Positions 18,436-28,591 of a stretch of DNA of 64,000 nt are shown piece after piece (position 1 is the stretch's first letter; the number at the start of each line of letters is the position of its first letter). The position numbers were made by a program, and so were the translations under genes. A model generated the notes under the pieces. It had not been told where the DNA came from, ran no database searches, and worked only from the letters and a program-made list of their open reading frames with translations. The stretch is from Candidatus Nanohaloarchaea archaeon (lineage in GTDB: Archaea; Nanohalarchaeota; Nanosalinia; Nanosalinales; Nanosalinaceae), in contig CP046106.1 of the NCBI GenBank assembly GCA_013343275.1, positions 160,001 through 224,000 of the forward strand, given 5' to 3'.

Positions 18436-19413
18436 TTATTCTTCTACTGAGAAGTTGTGGTCTTCGGATTTGTCGGCTGCGATCTTGATCTCGTCAAGCA
18501 GCTGACATTTACGGCATATATCAGATGAGCATGGTTCTCCGCATTTCTCGCATTCCTGTATCTGATTCTCATCTGATTTATAGTCTATTTCGTCTTCTAC
18601 CATGTCAGAGATCTCTCTGCCGTGCGATACTATCTGATTCTTGACGCCAGGCATCTCGGATTCCAACTTGTTCAAAAAGCTCTTTACCATAGGCCTCATC
18701 GAACCTTCCTGTACGTGTGGACAGCGATCGATAACGCCGAGATCGTGGATACGGGAGTAAAGCGCTACTTCTTTCTCTCGTACATCTCGCAGAGGCTTAA
18801 TCCTCTGAGTAAACTTTTCATGGTCTGAAGGGTCTTTCTTCGGGCCGATACGTGCCATACGTTTCATGTCGCCTTTGATATGGTTCATCATTATGGCCTG
18901 GGCCTCGTCATCGAGGTTGTGGCCGATTGCCATCTTATCTGCGTCTACCTCTCTGCACAGCTTGTTAAGGAGGTCTCTGCGCATGATTCCGCAGTAAGTA
19001 CAGTTACCTTTCGCTCCTGCGTCCGCTACATCGTCCATCTTCAGGTCGTAGTAGTCATCGTACTTTCCAAGCTTCAATTCTACACCTAGCTCATCGCAGA
19101 GCTCTTCTGCTGCGGAGATAGATTCATCACGGTAAGGATCGATACCTTCATGTACTGATACTCCGATTATCTCGATGTCAGGCCTTTCTCCGAAAATCTC
19201 TACCAGTTGCTCCAGCATGACGGCCGAGTCTTTTCCGCCGGAGAGGCCTACTGCGATAGTGTCTCCGGATTCTACAAGGTTGCCTTCTCTGATCGTTTTC
19301 TTGATTTTCTTGTTGATATCGATCGAGAAGTGCTCTTTGCAGAGGGCCCGGCCCTCGTACTCTCTGTGGATTACCGCGGGTTCTCCGCATTTCGAACAGG
19401 TTTCGTCAGTCAT
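18436..19413 (-). CDS. tRNA 2-thiolation protein (TtuA/Ncs6, TIGR00269-like)
   Basis: N-terminal CxxC Zn finger, PP-loop SGGKDS, CTYCG.MRR, GHNLDD, C-terminal CxxC...CxxC. Confidence 0.9.
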   Translation of the reverse strand: MTDETCSKCGEPAVIHREYEGRALCKEHFSIDINKKIKKTIREGNLVESGDTIAVGLSGGKDSAVMLEQLVEIFGERPDIEIIGVSVHEGIDPYRDESISAAEELCDELGVELKLGKYDDYYDLKMDDVADAGAKGNCTYCGIMRRDLLNKLCREVDADKMAIGHNLDDEAQAIMMNHIKGDMKRMARIGPKKDPSDHEKFTQRIKPLRDVREKEVALYSRIHDLGVIDRCPHVQEGSMRPMVKSFLNKLESEMPGVKNQIVSHGREISDMVEDEIDYKSDENQIQECEKCGEPCSSDICRKCQLLDEIKIAADKSEDHNFSVEE

Positions 19414-19498
19414 ACAGAAAAAGAAGTAGTTGAAATCTTTTAATCCCATCTGCACTTTCAGAAGGCAGCTGGTTAAAAAATTAACAATCTCTGGCTTG

Positions 19499-20152
19499 CT
19501 ACTCGATAAATCTTTTTAGCTCGGCCAGTCGGGTTACTCTGTGTGTTGGATCGAGTTCAGGCCTTTCTCCGTAGCTTTCTACAAGTATTGAGTCGATTCC
19601 TGCGTTTTCTGCGGCTTTGATATCTGATTCTGTGTCGCCGACCATTACCGGGTTGCTGCAGTCCATGTAGTTCATTGCGGCTTCCAGCATCTCTGTGCTT
19701 GGCTTTCTCTGGTTGAAGTACTCCTGTATAGGGTCCATTGGAGGGGCGTTGATTATCCGGAAATGGCCTTCAAGTCCGAAATGGTCAAATGTGAAGTTGG
19801 TGGTTCTACGCGGGGCGTTTGTTGCAACAGCTTTCTCCACATCAAGGTTGTCAAGTATCGTTCCTACCTGTGGGAAGGGTGTGATGTAGTGTTCTTCCAT
19901 GAGCCTGATCTTGCTGTCCTGTACAGTGTTTTCGATCTTCTGCAGCTGCTTCCATGATGCACCTTTTCTGTTGAGAAGTTTCTGAACTTTCTCCGCTGAG
20001 GAGGCCTTTGCAACTGTCATTGCATCGTCTACATCCATTTCTATGCCGTGTTTCTTTGCTGCGTTGATCCTGACTTTGTCCATCCACAGAAAGTTGTTAA
20101 CAGCTGAGTCAAGCAGCACTCCGTCCTTGTCGAAAATTATTCCGTCATACAT
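19499..20152 (-). CDS. HAD family hydrolase
   Basis: IIFDKDGVLLDS, KP, MVGD. Confidence 0.85.
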   Translation of the reverse strand: MYDGIIFDKDGVLLDSAVNNFLWMDKVRINAAKKHGIEMDVDDAMTVAKASSAEKVQKLLNRKGASWKQLQKIENTVQDSKIRLMEEHYITPFPQVGTILDNLDVEKAVATNAPRRTTNFTFDHFGLEGHFRIINAPPMDPIQEYFNQRKPSTEMLEAAMNYMDCSNPVMVGDTESDIKAAENAGIDSILVESYGERPELDPTHRVTRLAELKRFIE

Positions 20153-20191
20153 TTCTTCTAGAACCCTTCAACTAATTCGGGGCCAAGGCTT

Positions 20192-20872
20192 TTATTCAGA
20201 ACGGTCTGCAACTACGTGATCTACGATCTCTTCAAGAGAGTCTACCTCAAAACTGTGGCCTGTCTGCGCCTCTCCATGTCTCCTCACCCATGCGGAATCC
20301 ATCTGTGCGTTCTCTGCTGCCCTGAGATCGGAGTCTGAATCACCGATGTAGATGAAAGGATTTCTTTTCAACTCGGCCTTCGCAAGTTCCAGGTGGTTAG
20401 GGTGAGGTTTCCTGTCCCTGAGATCCTCGAAGTTCCGTATACCGGCGTAGAACTTGAAGTACTGTTTGAGATCGAAGTACTCCATCATCGTCTTAACTGC
20501 GGATTCAGGGGCGTTACTGATTACGGCCAGAGGAATATCTCTCTGATGTAGATCCTTCACTGTCTTCTCCGCCGAAGGATAAAGCTCGAAGTTTCCGTTC
20601 TCCAGTTGCTCTCTCCTCGCAGTAGTGGTTTCCTGGGCAACTAGAGACCAGATTTCCCGTGGATCAACACCTAGCTCGGAGGACTTCTTCAAGCAGGCCT
20701 TGTATCCTCTATCGCCGAGAACTGCGTTCTTGTCTTTGCGGGAAAGCTCCTCTGGATCAATATCTTTCTCCTTGAGTGCGTGGCCTACTGCTCTGTACTT
20801 CCATTCTTCGTCATCGACGAGCGAGTTAAGAAGCACGCCGTCCATATCGAAGATCACTGAGTTGTAGGCCAT
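20192..20872 (-). CDS. HAD family hydrolase (tandem paralog)
   Basis: VIFDMDGVLLNS, RKPHP, YIGDS. Confidence 0.85.
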   Translation of the reverse strand: MAYNSVIFDMDGVLLNSLVDDEEWKYRAVGHALKEKDIDPEELSRKDKNAVLGDRGYKACLKKSSELGVDPREIWSLVAQETTTARREQLENGNFELYPSAEKTVKDLHQRDIPLAVISNAPESAVKTMMEYFDLKQYFKFYAGIRNFEDLRDRKPHPNHLELAKAELKRNPFIYIGDSDSDLRAAENAQMDSAWVRRHGEAQTGHSFEVDSLEEIVDHVVADRSE

Positions 20873-20982
20873 ACTACTTGGTAAGGCACGTAAAGCTTTA
20901 ACTTCTGACGATTAATCTCGGCGACTTCATCGAATGGTTTTTACCTTTTGAGAAGTATAACGTGGCTAAGGTGGAATAAGTT

Positions 20983-21408
20983 ATGTATGATAGTATAGTT
21001 TTGCCAACTGACGGCAGCGAGGGAACTGAGAACGCGGTAAACCATGCACTAGGCCTTGCAGAGAAGTTTGATGCAGAACTTCACGTTATCAACGTGGTCG
21101 ATGTCAGAAACTTTTACGACGGCGTTAACTGGGAGGAAGTACTTGAAAACGTGGAGCTACAGGGGGAAGTAATAGTCGGAGATGTAGTAGATAGAGCCGA
21201 GGAGAAAGGCCTTGACGTGACAGAGAACGTGACAAGAGGAATTCCGCATCAGGAGATCAACGACTACGTCGAGGAGAAAGACGCTGACCTCATCGTGATG
21301 GGTACTCACGGCAGGGAAGGAGTAGAAAGACTGCTACTGGGTAGTGTAACAGAGAAAGTGCTCAGAACCTCAGAAGTGCCGGTCCTGACAGTAGGCCTGG
21401 AAGACTAA
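20983..21408 (+). CDS. Universal stress protein (UspA family)
   Basis: LPTDGS, DLIVMGTHGR.G..R.LLGSVTEKVLR. Confidence 0.93.
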   Translation: MYDSIVLPTDGSEGTENAVNHALGLAEKFDAELHVINVVDVRNFYDGVNWEEVLENVELQGEVIVGDVVDRAEEKGLDVTENVTRGIPHQEINDYVEEKDADLIVMGTHGREGVERLLLGSVTEKVLRTSEVPVLTVGLED

Positions 21409-21500
21409 TTAAAAACATTTACTTCACCTTTCTCTTCTACACAGTATATCTATCGCACGAAGGAACTTCGAGAGCTCCTGAACGAAAGCATCTTACAGAT

Positions 21501-21589
21501 GCCAGCGTGGCGGAGTCTGGTTGAACGCGGCAGATTCGAGATCTGCTGGCCCATATGCGGCCTCCCCGGTTCAAATCCGGGCGCTGGCG
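21501..21589 (+). tRNA. tRNA-Ser(CGA)
   Basis: Acceptor GCCAGCG/CGCTGGC, anticodon arm GCAGA-TTCGAGA-TCTGC, long variable arm, GGTTCAAATCC. Confidence 0.93.
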
Positions 21590-21596
21590 ATCGTTC

Positions 21597-22166
21597 TTAT
21601 TCGTGTACCCCAGGTTGATTTTTCAGGCATTCTCTGAATTCTTCTGGGTATCCTTCTACTCTGAGCAGGTGGACGAGACCGTCTTTGACGGGTTTGAGGT
21701 ATTCATGTTCTTCTAGAAGTTCTTCGTCCTGCAGTGCATTGGTGGCCAGTGACGAAAGGAAGTCGTCAAAAATGATGTTCTGAAGGTTTTTCTGATTTAT
21801 TTCACACTTCCGCAGCATCTTCTTTGTGAATGCTATGTTCAGCTCTTTGATCTCTTCCTTATTTTTCTGCAGTAGCTCTACATCTTTTTCCCTGTTAAGT
21901 TCTTCCAGTTCCTCTTTTATCTCCTGGAACCAGAATTCGGCGATTCCCTGGTAGTTAAGCCGGTAGTACTGTGCTTTCTTTCTCTCACCTTTCTCCGTGA
22001 AATTTAGCTCGTTAAGCTGTTTGATAATCCGACTTATTGAGGACTGAGGCTTGTCAAGTTCCTCTGCGATTTTAGTCGAGTAGCTGCCTGGATTCGATTG
22101 AGCTATTCTCTGTAAAACCTGAACAGAGAGTTCAGAATTCAGTATAGATGGAAATTCCTCTTTCAC
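21597..22166 (-). CDS. Winged-helix HTH protein (MarR/ArsR-like)
   Basis: STKIAEELDKPQSSISRIIKQL HTH pattern. Confidence 0.7.
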   Translation of the reverse strand: MKEEFPSILNSELSVQVLQRIAQSNPGSYSTKIAEELDKPQSSISRIIKQLNELNFTEKGERKKAQYYRLNYQGIAEFWFQEIKEELEELNREKDVELLQKNKEEIKELNIAFTKKMLRKCEINQKNLQNIIFDDFLSSLATNALQDEELLEEHEYLKPVKDGLVHLLRVEGYPEEFRECLKNQPGVHE

Positions 22167-22233
22167 ATCTTCCAGTTTATCGACATCACATATTAAAAAA
22201 TACTTCGATCGTATAACATTATACCTAATAGGA

Positions 22234-22443
22234 GTGATCGATATGGAATTTTCAATCTACAGAATGAAGCAGGTACTGAAAGGAGAAACCGATAAAAGAG
22301 TCTCAGAAGATGCAGCGACAGCTCTAGGCGAGCAAATGGATGAATACGGTGAAGAAGTTGCTTCCAGAGCTGTAGATATTGCTGCTGAAGACGGTAGAAA
22401 GACTGTCAGAGCCGAAGACATCAGAAAGGCCTTGAGAAACTAA
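22234..22443 (+). CDS. Archaeal histone (HMf-like)
   Basis: RVSEDA...A..A...GRKTVRAEDI histone-fold signature; alternative ATG at 22243. Confidence 0.92.
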   Translation: MIDMEFSIYRMKQVLKGETDKRVSEDAATALGEQMDEYGEEVASRAVDIAAEDGRKTVRAEDIRKALRN

Positions 22444-22569
22444 GTATTTCTCTGAAGGCCTGGATTTGACTATCTTTCCTCTTCAAGTTCAGAAATTCTA
22501 TTTTTCTAACTCTCTATTACTGTAGCTGGAGTTAAGATAAAGAATAATCTGTGGAAGGGGAGTCGCTCT

Positions 22570-22881
22570 CTAGAATGGAGGCATATCGTCTTCAGGTTCC
22601 TGCGGGCCTCCCATGCCGTCGTCCATTCCTTCTTCCATGCCTGGGCCCATTGGATCTGATTCCATTCCCTGGTCTTCAAGTTCGTCCATGAGTTCTTTGA
22701 CGTCGTTGATGAGTTTTCTCAGAGATCTCTCTGAGTCAGGGTCCTGGACTTCCTGCTCCAGTTCTGTTATCTTGCCTTGCAGCTCTCTGGCGGTTTTCCC
22801 CTCCCCGGGAAATGTATCTAGCAGCATTTCTGCAGAGTCAATTACTGCTTCAGCCTCTTCCTTGGCTTCATCTAGTGACAT
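22570..22881 (-). CDS. Hypothetical acidic helical protein with Gly/Met/Pro tail
   Basis: ORF with host-like acidic composition. Confidence 0.6.
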   Translation of the reverse strand: MSLDEAKEEAEAVIDSAEMLLDTFPGEGKTARELQGKITELEQEVQDPDSERSLRKLINDVKELMDELEDQGMESDPMGPGMEEGMDDGMGGPQEPEDDMPPF

Positions 22882-22985
22882 AAAGATCAAAACAGGGTAA
22901 ATCTATTTAAAAACCTTTTGATGAGGAGATTTTCCGGTAGAAATAGAATAAATAGGGGGTTGGAGAAAAAGCAGAGAGGTGTTTT

Positions 22986-23429
22986 TTACTCTACTTCTTC
23001 CTCAATTTCTGCGAAAGCGAACTTCCGGCCTACGGAGGTAACTTCTACTTCGTACTTCTTTCCAACTTCTCCGCCAGGGACGAAGACCACAAAACCTTCT
23101 ACTCTTGCAATACCATCGCCTTTGCTTCCAAGGTCTTCGACTTCAAGCTCTACAGTTTCGCCTTCGGAAACAGGCTTATCAAGTTCTTCTTCATCTTCCT
23201 CGGATTCTTCTTCCTCAAACTCCTCTTCTTCGTCTTCAAACTCTTCCTCAACTTCTTCGGAAGCTTCCTCGAACTCTTCTTCAGTCTCCTCGATTTCCTC
23301 TTCAAGGGCTTCTTCAGCCTCTTCAAGCTCTTCTTCGACTTCTTCGACTTCTTCTTCCATTTCCTCTAGGTTTTCGTCGTCAAACTGATCTTCAAAATCT
23401 CCTGTTTCATCTTCGATATTATCTGCCAT
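22986..23429 (-). CDS. TRAM-domain RNA-binding protein with long polyacidic N-terminus
   Basis: C-terminal PV.EG...EVEDLGSKGDGIARVEGFVVFVPG...KFAFAE; ATG at 23429. Confidence 0.88.
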   Translation of the reverse strand: MADNIEDETGDFEDQFDDENLEEMEEEVEEVEEELEEAEEALEEEIEETEEEFEEASEEVEEEFEDEEEEFEEEESEEDEEELDKPVSEGETVELEVEDLGSKGDGIARVEGFVVFVPGGEVGKKYEVEVTSVGRKFAFAEIEEEVE

Positions 23430-23520
23430 AGGTATATGCACCTTACAAACAATCAAGACACTGGAGATTTTTATAAAGACATCGAATCCGAATAAAAGAA
23501 ATGCTGCCAAATAACTATCT

Positions 23521-24135
23521 ATGCCAGCACAAGGAGACCAGTGCATCTTCTGCCAGCTAATGGAGCAGCCAGAACAACTCAACATAATCGCAGAGACAGA
23601 CAACTTCTACGTATGGCACGAATATCCAGAGCCAAGAGCCAGAGGCCAGGCCAACGTAGTACCCAAAGAACACAAAGAATCGATAATGGAGCTCTCACCG
23701 GCAGAGTACAGCGAGGCCATGACACTGGTCAGAGAAGTAATGGAGAAAGCAAAAGACGGCATCGATGCAGAAGGCCTCACAGTTGTAATACCGGAAGGCC
23801 AGATGGGAGGCCAGATGCTGGACCACATGTACATACAGATATTCCCACGGTTCGAGGACGACGAAAACGCAGGCACACCGGCCTCAGCAGTCTTCCCGCA
23901 GAAAGAAATGAGCGAACAGGAAATCAAAGACACAGCCGACACAATGGCCTCAATAGATGCCAACTTCCAGACAGAGACCATCGAACCACACCCCGACAGT
24001 CAGAAATTCAAGGAAAACTCAGGTAACTCGGCCTCGATAAATACAGGTCCTGAAGAGGAAACAGAGAATGGAGACCAGGAACAGGAAACCGAGGAGGCCT
24101 CAGATTTCGAAGGAAAAAGTTACAGCTGGGAGTAA
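23521..24135 (+). CDS. HIT-family protein with degenerate histidine triad
   Basis: CIFC, VVPKEH, GQMLDHMYIQIFPRF. Confidence 0.75.
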   Translation: MPAQGDQCIFCQLMEQPEQLNIIAETDNFYVWHEYPEPRARGQANVVPKEHKESIMELSPAEYSEAMTLVREVMEKAKDGIDAEGLTVVIPEGQMGGQMLDHMYIQIFPRFEDDENAGTPASAVFPQKEMSEQEIKDTADTMASIDANFQTETIEPHPDSQKFKENSGNSASINTGPEEETENGDQEQETEEASDFEGKSYSWE

Positions 24136-24242
24136 GTTAGCCCGCTAAATATTCTACACCTGTTTTTATTTTCTCTGGCAGAACCAAACTAAATTCTGGA
24201 CTGCGGAAAATGCTTTTAACATTCCGAGTCTGAAATCGGTGT

Positions 24243-27200
24243 ATGACCGACTACAATCCAGAAAAAATTGAAGAAACAGTTCTCAATCAATGGAACGAGA
24301 ACGACACCAGGAAAAAAGTACTGAACAGAAACAAGGGAAATGAAAGGTTCTACTTCCTTGACGGGCCTCCTTACGCATCAGGAAATATTCACATGGGTAC
24401 AGGCCTCAACAAAATACTGAAGGACTTCTATCTACGATTCCACAGGAAGCTTGGCTACAATGTACACAGCCAGCCAGGTTACGATACTCACGGCCTTCCA
24501 ATCGAGAACAAGGTTGAGGAGGAGAAAGGCTTCAACTCGAAGAAAGAGATCGAGGAGTTCGGTGTAGAGAACTTCATTAAGGAATGCCAGAAGTTCGTCG
24601 ACCAGCATATCGACCAGATGAACGACGACTTCGAGGACATGGGAGTCTGGATGGACTGGGAGAACCCTTACGTAACGTACCACGACTACTACATTGAAGG
24701 CGCATGGCAGACCTTCAAGGAAGCCTACCAGAAAGACTTCCTGTACGAGGACCAGTACCCTGTACATATCTGCACACGCTGTGAAACAGCAGTAGCGTAC
24801 AACGAAATTGAGTATACTAAACTGAATGATCCAGAGGTCTACGTCGCTATGCCAGTCAGAGACTCCGATACCGAGTTCTTGATCTGGACTACAACTCCAT
24901 GGACACTGCCGGCAAACGCAGCGATCATGGTAGGTCCAAGCTACAAGTACTCTCTTGTACAGTTCAACGACAGAAAAGTCTGGATGGCCTCAGAACTCGT
25001 CGATGAGATAATGGACAAGTTCGGTATAGAGGAGTACGATATACTGAAAGAGGTTGAAGGTTCAGAGCTTGAAGGCCTCGAATACGACCACCCTCTGGAA
25101 AACATTGTTCCTGCACAGGATAAAGTGCAGGGCCGTGTAGTTCTATCCGAGCGCTACGTCGATCTGGAAGGAGGAACAGGCCTTGTACACTCCGCACCGG
25201 GACACGGTAAGGAGGACTACGAGGTAGGCCAGGAAAACGATATTAAACAGATCTCTCCTGTCGATCTGAAAGGAGAGTTCACAGAAGAAGCCGGAAAGTA
25301 TGAGGGAACATACGTTAAGGATGCGGACCCGGAGATCATGGATGATCTCGCCGACCAGCTTCTCTACTCCGGCGAAATAAGACACGAATATCCGAAGTGC
25401 TGGAGATGCGACACCCCATTACTACAGCTCTCGATCCCGCAGTGGTTCTTCGGAGCTACAAAGTTCAGAGAGGAACTGATCGAAAGCAACGAAGAGGTTA
25501 ACTGGGTTCCTGACTGGGCCGGCCAGAAGTTCCATGAATGGCTGGAACAGCTCGGCGACTGGCCTGTATCCCGGCAGCGTTACTGGGGAATCCCGCTTCC
25601 AATCTGGGAGTGCAACGACTGCGACCACACCAAGGTCATCGGAGACAGATCAGAGCTTCCGGAAGTACCCGACGATCTTCACAGGCCTTACATCGACAAT
25701 GTAGAGCTTGACTGTGAGGAATGTGGCGGCACAATGGAAAGAATTCCTGACGTGCTGGATGTATGGTTCGATTCAGGGGTAGCTCCATGGGCCTCACTGA
25801 AGCATCCGGAGATCGACTTCAGCTTCGAGGAACATAATCCTGTAGATCTTGAGCTTGAAGGATTCGACCAGATCCGTGGATGGTGGAACAGCCAGTTCAT
25901 AACATCGCACATGACCTATGATCAGAAACCTTTCGAGAACGTCATCTACCACGGAAAGGTAATGCTTGATGGCAAGGAAATGTCGAAGTCCAAAGGTATT
26001 GTAGTCTCTCCAGGAGAGGCCATCGAGAAATACGGTAGAGACGTACTCAGATTCTTCATCCTGTCCGGAGACCCAAGCGACGATCTTAACTTCACATGGG
26101 ACAAGATGGAGGAAAACCAGGAGTTCATGAACATCCTCTGGAACACCTACAACTACAAAGAAACCTACACAGAGGAAAGAGAAAGGCCTGAGGACCTCAA
26201 CATTGAGGATGAATGGATTCTATCCAGGTTGAATACTCTTATCGAGGATGTCCGAGAGTACTCAACTGAGCCAAATTATCAGGCCTTCAAGGCTGCTCAA
26301 GAGGTAGAAAGGTTTACTAAAGAGGATCTCTCCCGTGGATACATCAAGATGATCCGTGACAGGCTCCGGCCTGGATACGAGGGAGATGACAGGAAGGCTG
26401 CCGAATGGACTCTGCAGAAAGTCTGCGACGAGCTTCTCCAGGTTATGTCGCCTTTCCTACCTTACCTGACAGAGTACCTCTACTCTGGTGAAGCAGACTC
26501 CATCCATATGCTGGATTATCCAGAGGTAGAGGAAGAGTTCATCGATGAGGCCCTTGAAAGGGAGATGGAGCTGTTCCAAGATATTGAGGAGGCCGTTGCC
26601 CGGCTTCGACAGGAGAAAGGAATCAAGCTCCGTCACCCTGTCAAGAAGGTCACTGTATCAGGCAGCGAAGAAGTCAGAGAGGCCGTTGAGAGCCTGGAAG
26701 AGCTTCTGGAGGAGCGATTGAATACGCGCGATGTTTCTTTCGAGAAAGTCGAGCTGGATTATGAGGTAAAGCTTGACTACGCGAAGGCCGGCCCGGAGCT
26801 TGGAGGAGATGTAAAATCCGTTGAGTCTTCGCTGGCTGAGATGGATCACAACGATCTTGCTGATAAAATCGAAGACGGAGAATCAATAGAAGTCGGAGGC
26901 CACGAGCTGAGCTCTGATATGTTCGAGGTCAGAAGCTTTGTTCCTGAAGGAATGGAGGGAGAAGAGTTCTCCGAGGGAACCGTCTACATCGACGACGAAA
27001 TGACAGAAGAGCTGAAAGATGAGGCCCTGGTTGCAGAAGTTCTCAGAGAGCTGCAGCAAGCCAGAAAAGAGGCCGAACTGGATGTAGAGGATACAGTCGA
27101 TGTCTCGTTCGGTGGTGACGTTGGGCCTGTACAGGATAATATCGAAACTGTCAGGGATCGTGTGAACGTGGCCTCGATTGACTTCGAGGATAGGGATCTC

Positions 27201-27269
27201 GAGTTCTCAGGAAGCGTCGAGTTCGAGGATAGAAAAGTTTCCTACAGCTTTTCGAGGCCTGTGGAGTAA
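24243..27269 (+). CDS. ileS: Isoleucine--tRNA ligase
   Basis: DGPPYASG.IHMG, WTTTPWTLPAN, DW.VSRQRYWG, DQIRGW, EMSKS. Confidence 0.96.
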   Translation: MTDYNPEKIEETVLNQWNENDTRKKVLNRNKGNERFYFLDGPPYASGNIHMGTGLNKILKDFYLRFHRKLGYNVHSQPGYDTHGLPIENKVEEEKGFNSKKEIEEFGVENFIKECQKFVDQHIDQMNDDFEDMGVWMDWENPYVTYHDYYIEGAWQTFKEAYQKDFLYEDQYPVHICTRCETAVAYNEIEYTKLNDPEVYVAMPVRDSDTEFLIWTTTPWTLPANAAIMVGPSYKYSLVQFNDRKVWMASELVDEIMDKFGIEEYDILKEVEGSELEGLEYDHPLENIVPAQDKVQGRVVLSERYVDLEGGTGLVHSAPGHGKEDYEVGQENDIKQISPVDLKGEFTEEAGKYEGTYVKDADPEIMDDLADQLLYSGEIRHEYPKCWRCDTPLLQLSIPQWFFGATKFREELIESNEEVNWVPDWAGQKFHEWLEQLGDWPVSRQRYWGIPLPIWECNDCDHTKVIGDRSELPEVPDDLHRPYIDNVELDCEECGGTMERIPDVLDVWFDSGVAPWASLKHPEIDFSFEEHNPVDLELEGFDQIRGWWNSQFITSHMTYDQKPFENVIYHGKVMLDGKEMSKSKGIVVSPGEAIEKYGRDVLRFFILSGDPSDDLNFTWDKMEENQEFMNILWNTYNYKETYTEERERPEDLNIEDEWILSRLNTLIEDVREYSTEPNYQAFKAAQEVERFTKEDLSRGYIKMIRDRLRPGYEGDDRKAAEWTLQKVCDELLQVMSPFLPYLTEYLYSGEADSIHMLDYPEVEEEFIDEALEREMELFQDIEEAVARLRQEKGIKLRHPVKKVTVSGSEEVREAVESLEELLEERLNTRDVSFEKVELDYEVKLDYAKAGPELGGDVKSVESSLAEMDHNDLADKIEDGESIEVGGHELSSDMFEVRSFVPEGMEGEEFSEGTVYIDDEMTEELKDEALVAEVLRELQQARKEAELDVEDTVDVSFGGDVGPVQDNIETVRDRVNVASIDFEDRDLEFSGSVEFEDRKVSYSFSRPVE

Positions 27270-27285
27270 CAGAGGTGATCCAGCA

Positions 27286-28386
27286 ATGACAGAAGAAGTA
27301 GGGCCAGCTGTAGATTTCATTAAAGGTATTGACGAAGATGACAGGGTTGTGATTATCCATCACTGGGATATGGATGGCACATCCAGCTCAGTTATCACCT
27401 CCAGGATCTTGGAAGAGGTTAGAGGCCGTCCAGCGGACGAAGTCTCTATTCCTGAGGAAAGAGCCTACCATCTAGGTGAGGACGATCACAGGAAACTGGA
27501 GGATGCTGACAAACTGATTGTTCTAGACTTCAACCTGAAGGCCGACGAACTTGAAGAGCTGAACCAGGATCAGGACGTGCTGGTAGTTGACCACCACAGC
27601 TTTGATCGTGTGCCTGATGTTCCGTTCGTCAATCCGAGAGAGTTCGATGATGAAGTCTATGTACCGTGCAGCAAGATCTGTCTCGATATTGCAGAACAGT
27701 TCGGTATAAGAGAGCAGGTTAAATGGATTGCAGGCCTCGGAGTAATACAGGATTTCGGAGTAGATTCCTGCCCGGAGCTTTTCGAGGAACTGAAACAGGA
27801 GTACAAGGAATTCTTCCCGGAAGAACTCAGTCAACAACAGCTGGCGAAAAACTGCGAATACGGCCGGTACAGTAGTGTTCTTAACATCAAACCGTACCGT
27901 GACTCCGCACACTTTGCAAAACTCGCATATGAGGCCCTGATGAAATCAGAGGACTTGAAAGAGTTAGAGGCCCAAGAGGAGTACCGTCAGGTCTATGAGG
28001 TATATCTCGAGATGCAGGACGAGTTCAACGATGTTATGGAGAACTACGAGGAGGAACGTGAGATCGACAGGGAACAGTGCATAATATTCTTCGAACTGGA
28101 CTCCGACTTCCACATCACCTCTTCGATCGCCACTAATATGTCAACGAAGACTCCGGAGTGGATCCATCTCGTTATTCAGAGAGACGACGAGGTCAATATC
28201 TCGGCAAGATGTCAGAGCGGCCGGGTAGATCTAGGAGAGCTTATGGAAGAGGCTTTGCCGGAATCCGCTGTTGAGGAAGGCGCTGAAGCAGGAGGCCACC
28301 GGAAGGCTGCAGGAGCTTCAATGCCGGACGAATACTTCGAAGATTTCAAGGGGAACTTCAAAGAACTGGTGAAGCAGAATGGATAA
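27286..28386 (+). CDS. DHH family phosphoesterase (RecJ-like, DHHA1)
   Basis: HWDMDG, VLD, DHH, GGHRKAAG; SD GAGGTGA before ATG 27286. Confidence 0.88.
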   Translation: MTEEVGPAVDFIKGIDEDDRVVIIHHWDMDGTSSSVITSRILEEVRGRPADEVSIPEERAYHLGEDDHRKLEDADKLIVLDFNLKADELEELNQDQDVLVVDHHSFDRVPDVPFVNPREFDDEVYVPCSKICLDIAEQFGIREQVKWIAGLGVIQDFGVDSCPELFEELKQEYKEFFPEELSQQQLAKNCEYGRYSSVLNIKPYRDSAHFAKLAYEALMKSEDLKELEAQEEYRQVYEVYLEMQDEFNDVMENYEEEREIDREQCIIFFELDSDFHITSSIATNMSTKTPEWIHLVIQRDDEVNISARCQSGRVDLGELMEEALPESAVEEGAEAGGHRKAAGASMPDEYFEDFKGNFKELVKQNG

Positions 28387-28422
28387 AAACTGTTTAAAAA
28401 GAGGAAAACTAGATAGTTTACC

Positions 28423-28563
28423 ATGAGCAGAAAAGAAGACAACGCCCGCAAGCAGTTAGACGAGGCAAAGGAAATGCTCGGAATCTCCGACGAGAGAGCA
28501 GACGAAATCTTCAACGACGAAACCAACCACAAACAGGAGAAAAGGAAAGAGAAGGAGAAGTAA
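28423..28563 (+). CDS. Small charged hypothetical protein (46 aa)
   Basis: MSRKEDNARKQLDEAKEMLGISDERADEIFNDETNHKQEKRKEKEK; TTTAAAAA box about 25-30 nt upstream. Confidence 0.55.
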   Translation: MSRKEDNARKQLDEAKEMLGISDERADEIFNDETNHKQEKRKEKEK

Positions 28564-28591
28564 CGGATTAGTAAGGGTTAGCCATACTAAT

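Noticed and set aside
22918-23388. Ser-rich plus-strand ORF, and similar Ser-rich antisense ORFs throughout the window
   Set aside because: These are antisense shadows of Glu-rich genes
25972-25992. IleRS KMSKS motif reads EMSKS
   Set aside because: The catalytic second lysine is kept and first-position variation is common
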